Source of the DNA: Octopus bimaculoides | Taxonomy: Eukaryota | Length of the DNA stretch: 64,000 nucleotides | NCBI RefSeq assembly: GCF_001194135.2 | Contig: NC_068987.1 | Span: 105,038,491 to 105,102,490, forward strand | Reading direction: 5' to 3' | Shown here: in pieces, positions 1 through 12,084 of the stretch | Layout of the letters: each line of letters starts with the position of its first letter | How positions within the stretch are numbered: the stretch's first letter is position 1 | Program-made: the position numbers and the translations under genes | Notes under the pieces: model-generated | Database searches by the model: none | What the model was told of the DNA's origin: nothing | The model's input: only the letters and a program-made list of their open reading frames with translations

Positions 1-380
1 GTACAAAAACAAACGAGTTAAATACGCAAACAACGAGAGTAAAAAATGGAAAACAGGACACGTAAACAAAGCGAATGAGTCTTCAAAGACAGTTGCTCCC
101 ATAAATTCCAAAATAAAATTTAGGATTTATGGAGGGTCAAAGTTGGGAACAAAAACAGGATAGTGAAGACATACAAGGAAACCGAACGAAAACAGACATG
201 AAGGATCGTTAGACCAGAACGAGGGGAAAATAGTGAACGCTGCGAGAAATATTTTCTTTGAAAAAGAGAAAATATAGAAGAGACAGAGAGCAATCGTCCT
301 ATCCTTAGAACGTCGTTCTGGAAAAAGAAAGATGGTCACGTGAGTAAAAGAAAAGTGGACGATGGTCACGTGTGAGCAAC

Positions 381-505
381 GAGAGAGAGAGAGAGAGAGA
401 GAAAGAGAAAGGGGTGAGAGAGAGAAAGAGAAAGGGGTGAGAGAGAGAAAGAGAAGGGGGTGAGAGAGAGAAAGAGAAAGGGGTGAGAGAGAGACAGACA
501 GACAG
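381..505. repeat. Compound (GA)n with about 20-bp periodic gagagagagaaagagaaagggg units
   Basis: Direct inspection. Confidence 0.9.
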
Positions 506-1174
506 ACAGATAGAAAACGATGAAAAGGGAGAAAAGGGAATTAGAGAAGGATGGGAGAAAAAACAGTATAGAGTCGCATCCAAAAAGTTAAGATAAACTT
601 ACTTGGAAATGGATGCGTGGCGTTCAATTAAATGATAATATAAATAATATATGTATATGCATATAGGGGTACAGGACGTCACCAACTTTGTAAACAACAT
701 GAAGCACGAAAACAAACGAGTCAAATACGCAAGCAAAGAGTGTAGTAAGTGGAAAATAGTACATGCAAACACAGAGAGCGACTCTTCATCAGTTGTCGGC
801 TGTCTCTCTACTCCTCATTATACATACATATATGTGTGTGTGTATGTGTATATATATAGAGAGAGACAGACAGACAGGGAGAGAGCATAAAAGTATAAAT
901 TTCATTTATCGATCACGCTTTGTTCTTCTATGCTCAACAGCTGTTTCATTGAGATGAACTTTATTAAAATGTGTGATTACATAACTGTGATACATAGTTA
1001 ATTTAAAAGCTGTGTTTATCCAGATCATTAGGAATGTGTTTTGTTAATCAGAAATACGTTATTAATCGAGCTCTTAATTACTATGGATTTATTTTTCTGT
1101 TTATACATCAATTCTCGCTTTCCTCTCTCTTTCCTTCTCACTCCTATATATGCGTGTATATGTTTGGGTATAGA

Positions 1175-1197
1175 TGTGTGTGTGTGTGTTTGTGTGT

Positions 1198-1268
<71 letters not shown>

Positions 1269-1282
1269 CATATATATATATA
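1175..1282. repeat. Compound (TG)n/(CA)n/(TA)n microsatellite
   Basis: Direct inspection. Confidence 0.95.
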
Positions 1283-1500
1283 GGCAAATCAAAATGAAAA
1301 CAAAAGCATGAAAAGCAACAAAAGTCAAAAGGACGCACAGTCAATATATAAGATTGGCATTCAGAGAATGTTTCAAATAGAAAAAAAGATGGGGTGAACG
1401 TTTCGAACGTGGCTCTTCGTCAGAGAGGAAATAGGAAAAAATCTGGGAGAGGGGGAGAAGAGTAGTTCGAGAAAGCATCTCAGAGAGGCGCAACATTAGG

Positions 1501-1720
1501 TCTTTCGCCAACTACATATAGCATTTAAAAGAGAGAACAACATACAAGATTAACAGGAGGTTCCTGGAACAGCCTCGATCATACGTCAACGAGAGCAGAC
1601 GATTCAAACTTTGCTCGGCCGAGAGGGCAAGGATCCTTAAAGATTCACTGAACCCAGAAGCCTTCTTAAATTCCACAAGTGAAATGTTTAAACGATACTT
1701 CCATGAGAGAAAAATTCATG
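1501..1720 (+). mobile_element. Penelope-like element, GIY-YIG endonuclease C-terminal remnant
   Basis: In-frame SFANYI*HLKERTTYKINRRFLEQPRSYVNESRRFKLCSAERARIL...LNSTSEMFKRYFHERK resembles the PLE C-terminus (YIW.LK...W....PY....RC.LC..EK...LN.RSE..C.H). Confidence 0.7.
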
Positions 1721-3069
1721 TTGAAGATATGGAATTCCTCCACTTACTAACCAGTGAATGGAAATCGTACATAAACTCTTTTCGGGAACAAAGGGAATCG
1801 GTCAAAGGGAGATAACACTATCTAACCCAGAAAGGGTTTTACTTTGAATAATTTCATTTCAGGTCTTTATTTATTTATTTATTCATTTTTTCACAACCTT
1901 GCTAACCAAGACTGTATTCATACCTCCATTAGTAAATAGGTTGAGTCGCCTATATTGCTTAGTGCAACAATAGACGTGAAACCAATGGTAACATTCTAAC
2001 CGGCCATAATCAACGACTACTTTATCTGTGTGTGTGTGTGTGTTTGTGCGTGCGCGCGTGCGTGTTTGTCTGTGCGTGTTTGTGTGAGTGTGTGTATGTG
2101 TGTGCGCGCAAGAGAAAAATTAAATGAATGATAAAGTTTCAAGAATTATGTAATCAACTTCATGAGCTTACATCTGTTTCTGCTATAAGATACAGCGCAC
2201 TCAGAACTGAGTGCCTGTGTCCCACTTCCTATGTAGTCATTTTAGAAGCTCTGGCGAAGCTATAAGGTGATGCGCAGGCACTCAAATCTGAAAGCACCGC
2301 ATCCCATAGCAGAAACACCAGTAAGCTAATGAAGCCGGTTGCGTAATTACTGTTCCTTCGTCATTTAATTTCAAATGACGCTTTGTACTCGCTTACCACT
2401 TATTCTGAAGCATATGTATATGGAGTTCTAATATCAGGTCATTAGTATTGTTATGCTTACGCGAAATCACAAAATGTATGTATGTATGTATCTATCTATC
2501 TAGCTAGCTATCTATCTAGCTATCTATCTATTTGTCTGTTTGTCTTTCTAGCTGTCTGTCTATTTATCTATATAATCTACAAAGTTTTCCTCTATTTGTA
2601 TACATGGATAATTTTAACAAATACATGTTTTCAATATGCAAACGGTAACGTAGACGAGGAAGAAATTCAAGAAGAAAAATAAAAGCGAATAAACAAATAC
2701 TGGTTATAACTAATATTTCTAATATTTGCACAATTTGTAATTGTTAAGTGGTAACAGGTGTTTTAAACTCACTGAAGTACTTTATTCGTATTACTTAATG
2801 CTCATTGAAAAATAAAAAGGAGAATCGAATCTAGCAGCAAAACATTTAGTCAACTAATTATTCGTTTTTAACTGCGTAATTGAAGTAGATAGGGTTTTAA
2901 AAAATCCTTTGGTTAGAAAAACTAGAAGCAATAACATTTTGTCTCCCGATACTATCAGGCACACTTGGTGAATGTCCATAGGATAGTGAGAATCCACTCA
3001 ATTTGGAATATTTTTCCATTGAAGGGAGACAACAATGTATTGGCTTATAATATTTAGCACAAAAGCATT

Positions 3070-3256
3070 AATATAGGAGTGGGTAAGTCGATTACATCTA
3101 CTCCAATATTCAAATGGTACTTATTTTATCGAGATCGAAAGCATAAAAGACAAAAATCAACCTAGGCGGAATTTGAACGCAGAACTTAAAGAGCTGGAAG
3201 AAATACCCCGAAGCTTTTTGTCTGACTCGCTAGCTGTTTTGCCAACTCGCCGCCTT
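3070..3256 (-). mobile_element. SINE family A, diverged
   Basis: ggcggaatttgaacgcagaac ... gccaactcgccgcctt. Confidence 0.7.
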
Positions 3257-4370
3257 CGTTTGTACTATAATGGTAGATGTAATGCCACAGATTTTAAGAG
3301 TATTGAATGATGTATCCATGCGTTTCCTAAGGTCATTAGCAATCCAAGTGAAATGAATAGCTTCTAATAAAAATAAACGTTGAATTGCGGCCTGTGTAGT
3401 AGCTCTCACGCTGTATGCGTAATTAACAATGGTCCAAAATCTCTGATCGAGTATTTTATTATATATAACTCTGCTTTAACAGATTAGAACTATTGGTAAA
3501 GCTACTCAGCAGCTGCGATCTGATAATGCTCCTATCTCAAGTCAGCGTCAGAAGAACGAACAAAGCACAGTTAAGAATGAAAGAGTAGGGAGAATAGCTA
3601 AACCGCATCTTATATAAATCATATAACTGCATTTATACAATATTCTTATATACCGCTACACTAAAAATGCGTAAAGCCATATTGCTTCTGTTGTATGGTT
3701 CACTCCAGAAATGCAAATAACAATTAACGAATCAACTAATGAAGCACTGACACGTTGCACAGTAATTAAGTCTATTTCCATTGATTAATAAATTCAAAAA
3801 CAAAAAAAAATGTTGTACAAGGTTTCAAATCCTGTTGAATTTCTCTCAACCTCTCATTTTTTAAAATGTTCATCAGGTTATTTTCAAAAAATGTTGTTTT
3901 AACTTTAAATACTTGTAATTTCTTTGTTATTAATCTCAAGAAAAAAAATGCGATTTCCATCAGAATACAAAACTATATCAATACAAGATTTTCTGAAAAA
4001 AGTTGGTTAAAATTTGAAAAACGTGAAGTAGCTGGAAGAAATTTATCAAGATCTTAATTCTTATAATAGAATACAGCTCAGCCAGAATAAATTATTTCCA
4101 TAGTTTCTAAAAGAGAAAAAATTAACGAATCCTAGTTTCTTCCCACACAAAATCAACAAACTATGAAACCTCAGTTACGAAAATAATTAATCCGCACTAA
4201 ATGCTGATTTTGTTTCACTATTGTTCATTCTTTAAGCTTTTTATATATAATAAAATATCAATTTATTCAATATGTTATTAAATTTAGTTTAAATTATATG
4301 AATATAATCAATCTTCATTTTACTTCAGATTTTTAACAATAATTTGTTGCTGTTTCTCTCACACGGCTTT

Positions 4371-4380
4371 CACTTCCGGT
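4371..4380 (+). promoter_or_regulatory. ETS/GABP-type motif CACTTCCGGT just upstream of the UFM1 start
   Basis: Matches the ETS core (ACTTCCGG), 15 nt before the ATG, in a CpG-retaining region. Function is inferred. Confidence 0.45.
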
Positions 4381-4394
4381 AAGGTGTCATCAAG

Positions 4395-4396
4395 AT
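4395..4396 (+). CDS. UFM1: UFM1 exon 1 coding part (AT of the split start codon)
   Basis: caagAT|gtgagt donor; the next exon begins with G after tttccag. Confidence 0.88.
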
Positions 4397-7300
4397 GTGA
4401 GTATGACATGTGTTCTGCTTTCTTCAGTTATATATATATGTATTTATGTAGCACATCTTTATTCCCTGTAATCATTTTACTTTTATTTCCAGGTCGAAAG
4501 TCACGTTCAAAATCATCCTGACTTCGGACCCAAAACAGCCATACAAAGTGTAAGTATTACTATATAATTTATATTTACTTGCCACACCTGTGGAACCATA
4601 TTTCCATTGATAATTCTTGGTGTCAGAAGATACCGCATCACACCAAAGAAAAATCAAAACATCTGATAACGTATACGTTGTTATTATCATTTGGGCATCG
4701 TACCGAAAGATCACCTTATTAAGCGATTATTATTGACATTATACATTTCAAAGTATGTGTTTCTCAGCTCTTGTCCCGAGAATTCTAAAGTTATACCCCT
4801 GTCATATACTAACATATGGAATTTATACCGTCTCTATATATAGTTGTGTATTCGTATTTTAAAGTATGTATTTATTGTTTTAAAGTGTTTGCTATTGTTC
4901 TGAAATGTGTATTATTGATAAAATAATATTGAATAGTTTTGTCTACAAAGCTTGATGGGAGTATTTATTTATTTATTTATTTTATGTTTACATAAAGAAC
5001 GTCACTGTTCCGAAATGCAAATCGTCCGTATTTCAGGCTTTCTTTAGCTGTATATTAAGCATATACAAGATAATTCAAAACTACCTTTAGCATTTTTCTT
5101 ATTGTTTTTATTTTATTGCATATATAACATGTACGTACATGATACATATATAATACAAAACCACATTATTATACAAATTCAAAACCGAAGAAAACACAAA
5201 CATGAACGAAGAAAGAATGAAAAAACAGTAATGCAACATCAAGCGCTTCAAATGTTTGCACACCACAAAGTTCAATGGAATCTACTAAAGCAAGCCAACA
5301 CGCTTGTAGCATTACCATGGGCGGCACCTTGGTACGGTGAGCTGCCTATGATGACAAGGAATTTGCTGTTAGTGGCCATCCTTTACAAATGTCTCAAATG
5401 CTGGAAGAAATAGTTCACTGACAAGTCCCAATATTTAGGGATCTTGTTCCATTCGGCTTCAGAAGCAGTGACCCTCCCATTTACCATAGCATCCAGTATG
5501 TGGAACAGACCAAAGGAATCACAGACAAGGCACCTACCTCTTGTTGGCACTCCATCGCTTACGACGACGAGGGTTCCAGTTGATCCGATCAACGGAACAG
5601 CCTGCTCGTGAAATTAACGTGCAAGTGGCTGAGCACTCCACAGACACGTGTACCCTTAACGTAGTTCGCAGGGATATTCAGCGTGACAAGGCTGACCCTT
5701 TGAAATACAGGTACAACAGAAACAGGAGGTAAGAGTGAGAGAAAGTTGTGGTGAAAGAGTACAGCAGGGTTCGCCACCATCCCCTGCCAGAGCCTCGTGG
5801 AGCTTTTAGGTGTTTTCGCTCAATAAACACTCACAACGCCCGGTCTGGGAATTGAAACCGCAAGTCCGCTACCCTAACCACTGGGCCATTCCGCCTTCAC
5901 ACCTACCTCTTACCAAAGGACAAAGGGTAAGACCATCTGGTTTCTTCCTATCACTTCTGGATAATCCCACTGGTTCCAGAACTAGGGCATATTAATCTGA
6001 GCTAGGAACCACTTAATGATCAAGTTAAGCTCGGTGTGATGAGGGAAATAACCAGGATTTCGGTGGCAAGACAGTTTTAAAGCTGCCTTTGCAAATTTGA
6101 TGTGAATAACTTTTCATTATATCTGTGTGTGTATGTGTTAGAGAAATGTCATCAGCAAAAATTTTTTTTAATATTTGTAGTTCTAATACAACAGCAACCC
6201 TGTTCAATTTTGCAAACATACCTAGTTGGACCATCCAGGGAGGTTTGAGTGGATGGCAGGGCTGTGAACCAACTATTCTGAAATCCCTGAGTCATGGCCA
6301 TCAAGATTTTATTCTCACCAGGAAGTGAGAGGCAGATGAATATAAATTCCAAATATTTTCTAAATGAAAGATGTTCCACCCAACATAGATTAGATGGTTA
6401 GTGACTTTAAAATAAGAGCTACTCCAACATAGATGAAAGTTAATTTGGAAAAGCATACCAGGAAGTTGAAAGAACTCACAGTTGGTCTTAGATATAGATA
6501 TTAATTAACACTTATGACAGTAGTGAGGAGGAGATAAATACTTATAACATAGAGCCAAACTAGCCATTTTACAGACATCCTACTGGTACAAGAACCCAGC
6601 CAAATGCAAAGTTCTATAGTGGGGGATGAATTCTGAAGTCAGTGCCATAACTGCAAATAAACAGACTCGGAAAGACTGGAAGGAAGAAAGTGGTGGAGAA
6701 AAACACTAAGTAGTTAAAGAGGAAGCTGAATGCCAAGTAGACACCACAAAAGAGAGAGATATAAAGGAAGAAGTTTGCACATGTTTTGCATCAAGAGTAT
6801 GAGAGGTGTGAGGTGGTCCGTGTTGCTAGATAGTGTAGCAGAGAAATCGAGATGTTGTTGGGGAGATATGTGTACAGAATGATAAAAACACACTTTCACT
6901 GATGTCAAAAAGGAAGAGGCATGGAAATGAAATTCTGAGAGGCTGCTGAATGCGGAGAATGCATGGATGAGAGAGAGTCTATCATATGCCTATCTTACAA
7001 AGAGATGTGCTATCCAAATGGACAACAGTATGGTAGATGGGGAAAGTAGCTGGTCCATCAAGGACAATCACCTGAGATGCTTTATATGTCTGGCAAATTA
7101 GGCTACAGGATAGTTACCAGAACAGTGGATCAGGTAACACAGAAAGGAGTCATATGCAATGGCCAATGCTGAAATATCATCATAAACTATAAGACAAAAA
7201 GAGAACAAATTAACAAGAGAGGTAACAAACTTTTGAACCAGGTTATGAAAGTTATAGAAAGGATTATTGTAAAATTGATAAGGTACAGGGTTAGTCTGGA

Positions 7301-10300
7301 TATGATACAGTTTCGCTTTATCCCCATCACAAAAGTGGATCCATTTTCCACAGTAATAATGTATTCTGCCTAGCATACAGTAATTTTTCCTGACCTTGTC
7401 TTGAGTCATCAATCACTTATTTTCTTAGTAGCATGAAAAAAATATCTAGTACACTCCTTAAAGTGATTGAAGTAAGCCAAAAAAACAATCTCTAGGTTTG
7501 AGAGAACTCTGTCTTGCAGAAAGCAAGTAAACCTCTATAGTGCTGATGCCACAGAAAAGTGCTCCCAGTATGCTCTGTTAAGTGGTTGGTGTCAGGAAAG
7601 CAAACCGAAACTGAGGCACTGAAACAAGACATGTCTTCTAGCCAATCAGATCCTGTCAAAGTAGGTCATGCTAACATGCAAAAGGGACGTAAAAGGGTTA
7701 TGATGACTATCTAATATTTACAGAGTTTTAATCTTTTTTTTCTCTTCTTTTTTGACATTTTTGTGTCTTATAACAAACTATTAATATTTCTATTTATTAA
7801 GGCAGTGAGCCAACGGAATCGTTAGCATGCAATACAAAATGCTTAGCGGCATTTCATCTGTCTTTACATTCTGAGTTCAAATTCTGCTGAGGTCAACTTT
7901 GCCTGTCATCCTTTTGAAGTCAATAAAATAAGTACCAGTTGAACACTGGTTCGATGTAATCAATTCACCCCTCCCCTCGAAATTACTGGCCCTGTGCCAA
8001 AAAATTTGAAATCAGTATTTCTATTTATTTTATATGCATTAAATCTTACCTCTGAATCTGAATTCATTCTTGGCAGCTAAATTTCTTCTTGATAAGGATA
8101 AAGGTATCTTTCTTTGACTGAGAAGATTTTTACATTGTGTGACTCTTTGAAATTCTCATCAAGTCATCTTCACCATAATCAGCACTGTTTCAGAGTATTG
8201 TTTCAACAAAAATTATTGGATTCACCAAATGGTATTTTTTTTATTCCGTCTTTTCAGATTAAGTGTTCCAGAAAAAGCACCTTTTACCGCTGTTTTGAAG
8301 TTTGCTGCAGAGGAAGTAAGTGCACAGTCTTTAGGAGTGTTTTTTAACGTTCTTCCTTTAATTTCAAATATAATTTTACAAATTTGTTGTTGTCTTAGAG
8401 CAACTCTGATCCGACCACCCTGTCATTTGGGTGTATGCTTAGTACTTTATTGCCTATTGTAGCCTTTCCTTTTAAGATGAAATTGTTCCAGCTGAAGGAA
8501 ATTTTGGCTACAATTTCTAGCAAGTCAAACAACAATGTTAGGCTCCCTAATTGGTTTGTCACAAATATGTTATTTAATGCTGCATGCTAGTGAAAAAAAA
8601 AAAGAAAATTATGACTTCACTAGTGCCCTCAAAAGCACGGTACACTCTGTAAATTTACTAGGAAGGGCATACAGCCATAGAAACCATGCCAAAGTAGACA
8701 TTGAAACCTGACAAGTGTCCAGTTCATTGAATCCTTTAAACTGATCAGGTCATACCATCACAAAAGACAGATGTTAAATGATGTTGATGATGATAACTTA
8801 CATTTAAAGACCAATGGTTAGCAACAGTTTGTTTATTGGGCATATGCCTAAGAAGTTTGCTTTGTAGTTTTTGGTTTTGTGTTCAAGCACACTGTGTGGC
8901 ACTTAGGGCAAATCTTTTACCATAACTTCAGGTCAACCCCAAACTTCATGAGTAAAATTGAATGAATAGGAACTGTGATAGTCTGTCATATAGACTTTGA
9001 TAGGTCTTTTCTCCATTCTTGGAGACTTTGCAAAGATCTTTAGCATACTATGGCTAAGCTGTAAAAAATGTTGTAGTTCTAACTTTTTTTCTATTTATGT
9101 AAATCAGAATCATTGGCAAAAAACAATGCTTGCTTCTCACTTTGCTGTTTTGTTTTCACCATATATTTCTATAAATGTTTATTTTCTCGAAAATACAAAA
9201 AAAAAAGTATATTCAAAGTTTAGATTATATTTTTTGTATCTTAAATTTTAGTTCAAAGTTCCTGCTGATACAAGTGCCTTGATAACAATGGATGGAATTG
9301 GCATAAACCCAGCTCAGTCTGCATGTGAGTAGTTGCTATTGTAGCTTCATAAACAAAAATAATATTAAAAGATCTGTTGAAAGATGGTAAACATAACATT
9401 AGAATTTAACAGAAAACCCTAAAATCTGTTTAGGCCAGTATGTATGTTTCTTAAACCATGAGCTGTTTATAGAAACAATCATTTCTAGCTTTATTATGGA
9501 AACTATTTCTGTTTAGCTTGTCTGAAATGTGATGTACAAAAACATCTATTCATAGTAATCTCTGGTTCATTTCCTAACCTTCATATATTTATCTGTTCTA
9601 TTTCTTTCATTACAAGTACTAAAAAAATCTCTCAAGTTTGAGAGAAGTAAATAAATTAACTGTAAAATTTTAGTGTAAATTATTTAAATCTCTTAAATAA
9701 TCATTAAGCAAACAGTTTACATTTTCTAGCTTTAACCATTAAATTACACTGTCATTGTTTTAATTAATTTTTTAAAATGAAGAATTTAGTAAAATTACAT
9801 CATTATTATACAGGTATCTTGAACATAAACTAACTTGTCATTTTAATGAAAGGTTTTAATTTAGATTACTTGAGGATAGTGCTTGAGTTTAAAGTGAATG
9901 AACCGCGAAAGCGAGATCGACCAAAGAAAACATAGAGAGGACAGGTGGAGGAGGAGATTGGGAAGGTTGGCTTGATGAAGGAGGATGCCCAAACCGGGTG
10001 AGATGGTGTGAGAGCAGTAATTGCAAAAGAGATCCAGCCACCCCTGTTAACAGGGACAAACCTGGATTTAAAATATTGGAATTCACTCATTCATTCATTA
10101 CTTTAAAACAACAAGTTTGTATCATAGAACCAGAGGTGTTGTGAGACAGGTTGATGTCAAAATTCCTAACCTTGTTAAACTTGATATTATCAGAGTTTTA
10201 TTCTAAAGTTAACTGCTCATTTAAAAAGAAAATAATTTGATTGCTTTTTTCTGTATCTTTATTTTGTCTCCCCTCTACATGTCTTTACCTTAGATAGTTT

Positions 10301-11661
10301 TACTTGAAGAATTTTTTTTACCATATAAAGTAAATTCATTCTGGTCTCAATATTTCTTCCTTGTAAGGCACCGAACTAGCAGAAATGTTGGCACTCAGGA
10401 TGAAATGCTTAGCAGTATCTCATCCATCTTAACGTTCCAAGTTCAAATTCCGTCGAGGTCGACTTTGCCATTCATCCTCTCGGGTTCAATAAAATGAGTA
10501 CCAGTTGAATACTGGGGTCGAAGTAATTGACTTACTACCTCCCCCGAAAGTGCTGGCCTTGTGCCAAAATTTGAAATCAATATTTCTTCCTTGTAATATT
10601 TGTCATCATGGAAAACAATCTGTCAAAAAGAAGTCTGTTAGCAATGAGTTGTCTTTCCTTTCATATCAACAATCTAGCTGGGCAGTTTGTTCATATAAAT
10701 TCAATCAAAAAAAATTTCTCTTTATAATGCACTACTCTTTTCTTAAATTACTTTTGACAGATAATTTTTAAAGGTTGGATGATTTTCCTCGTTTGCAGTT
10801 AACAGTTTTTCAAATTCTCCATTACGATTTCCTCAGTTGGTGTTTGCATTACTGAAACTAGTCACTGTATGAATAAACTGTGCTACAATTATGTCAGTAA
10901 CTTAGTGCTTAAGAGAACTGGCTTTTCATTTTAGACAACCAGTATGAGAATGTTTTGTGTTATTGTGAACTTCATTCATGACCATTAGCAATTTATGACA
11001 ATTAAGATTGACATCTGTCTGATAACGTTTTTCAGCAAACTGGATTGCTGAATATTTATCACAGAATCTAAACTCAGTATCTATAGCAATCTTTATATGC
11101 AAATCAACATGGATGTCTTGTTGGAATGCCAAATACTGCATTATTAGCCTTGTGAGAGTCTGTTATATAGGTGCGTAAGAGCACAAACATAAATTGTAGC
11201 AGACGAGAATTGTCTGTTCTGGGTGACAATCTGCTATGATTTGTCTGTGCTTTTATGCACCATGTGCCTATATGAGAGGATTTCTCAAGGCTAATGGCGT
11301 AATATTTGGCATTCTAACAAGACATCCACATTAAATTGGATATAAAGATTGCCTTATGGTTTTGCTTCCATTGTTAATGATTAATTTCCAGTTTTTATAT
11401 ATTATAATCTCAGTTCATTTAGCTCTCAGCCTGTGTACATGTTTATTATGTTAGTTCATTTTTTATGCAAATTAAAGCATACAGCTTAACTTCCTTAATA
11501 GAGATTTTCTTTTTTAAATTAACTAACATAACAAGGAAACTGCATTCCTTTCTTCTTCTTTTCCAGCTAATGTATTCATTAAACATGGCACAGAACTTCG
11601 ATTAATTCCACGTGACCGAGTAGGACTTCTACAAAGACACTGTACATCAGAATTATCTTAA
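4395..11661 (+). CDS. UFM1: Ubiquitin-fold modifier 1 precursor, 94 aa, join(4395-4396,4493-4549,8258-8315,9252-9324,11567-11661)
   Basis: Manual splicing at GT-AG sites gives [94 protein letters not shown], colinear with human UFM1 including Gly83. Phases 2,2,0,1 are consistent. Confidence 0.97.
4493..4549 (+). CDS. UFM1: UFM1 exon 2 (G + [18 protein letters not shown] + GT)
   Basis: ttttatttccag acceptor, gtaagt donor, 57 nt. Confidence 0.96.
5543..5899 (-). mobile_element. tRNA-derived SINE family D
   Basis: 12-bp TSD cacctacctctt (5531-5542, 5900-5911); homologous to 61545-62100. Confidence 0.87.
6540..7420 (+). mobile_element. Degenerate RTE LINE fragment (pre-RT and RT start)
   Basis: Remnants resembling AWK..ERLLN.EN and QFGF.P motifs, with many stops. 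Confidence 0.6.
7800..8025 (+). mobile_element. SINE family A (UFM1 intron 2)
   Basis: tctgagttcaaattctgctgaggtcaactttgcc body motif. Confidence 0.8.
8258..8315 (+). CDS. UFM1: UFM1 exon 3 ([19 protein letters not shown])
   Basis: ttttcag acceptor, gtaagt donor, 58 nt. Confidence 0.97.
9252..9324 (+). CDS. UFM1: UFM1 exon 4 ([24 protein letters not shown])
   Basis: ttttag acceptor, gtgagt donor, 73 nt. Confidence 0.96.
9876..10097 (+). mobile_element. RTE LINE 3' end, same family as 40611-40830
   Basis: Near-identical by eye to the reverse complement of 40620-40830, ending ggattttaaaatattggaattca. Confidence 0.85.
10365..10585 (+). mobile_element. SINE family A (UFM1 intron 4)
   Basis: gttcaaattccgtcgaggtcgactttgcc body motif. 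Confidence 0.8.
11567..11661 (+). CDS. UFM1: UFM1 exon 5 ([31 protein letters not shown])
   Basis: Long polypyrimidine tract plus ccag acceptor; TAA at 11659-11661. Confidence 0.96.
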
Positions 11662-12084
11662 TTTTTACTCACGCCTCATCTCTACATTTAGTGAAGCCTA
11701 AAACATTACTGAAAACGTTTAATATTGTGTTCAAATTTTATTGAACATGTAACTGTCTTGTTAAAATATCAAAATATACCCTCAAAGAATTGTTGAATAA
11801 TCTGTTTGAGTTATGTTTTAAATTTCTCTGAATAATGATTATTATAAGGCATTTTTTTCTTCTTCCAGATTTACTCTTAAAATTAGTACTTTCTTAAATT
11901 ATTCAACATTTACAGTCATCTTCCTTGCTCTGATGATTAATGTCAAACAATAGTTCTGCCAGCTTGCTAAAATATATTCTCTGTTCTCATAAGAAATGAA
12001 CTGCTGTTGTTATTGCTTTCATTCTGTATAAAAATGTTCTCTCTTCATTTTTCTATTTTCTGTAGTTTATTTCCTCAAATTCAC

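Noticed and set aside
1028-1344. Six overlapping ORFs
   Set aside because: Stop-free only because of (CA)n/(TA)n repeats.
5250-5540. GC-richer segment with LVALPWAAPWYGEL, faintly like DIRS or other retroelement motifs
   Set aside because: One short motif only; cannot be assigned without a search.
9324-11568. Idea that UFM1 Ser64 is recoded to the conserved Gly by A-to-I editing
   Set aside because: The codon is TCT; A-to-I cannot convert it to GGN.
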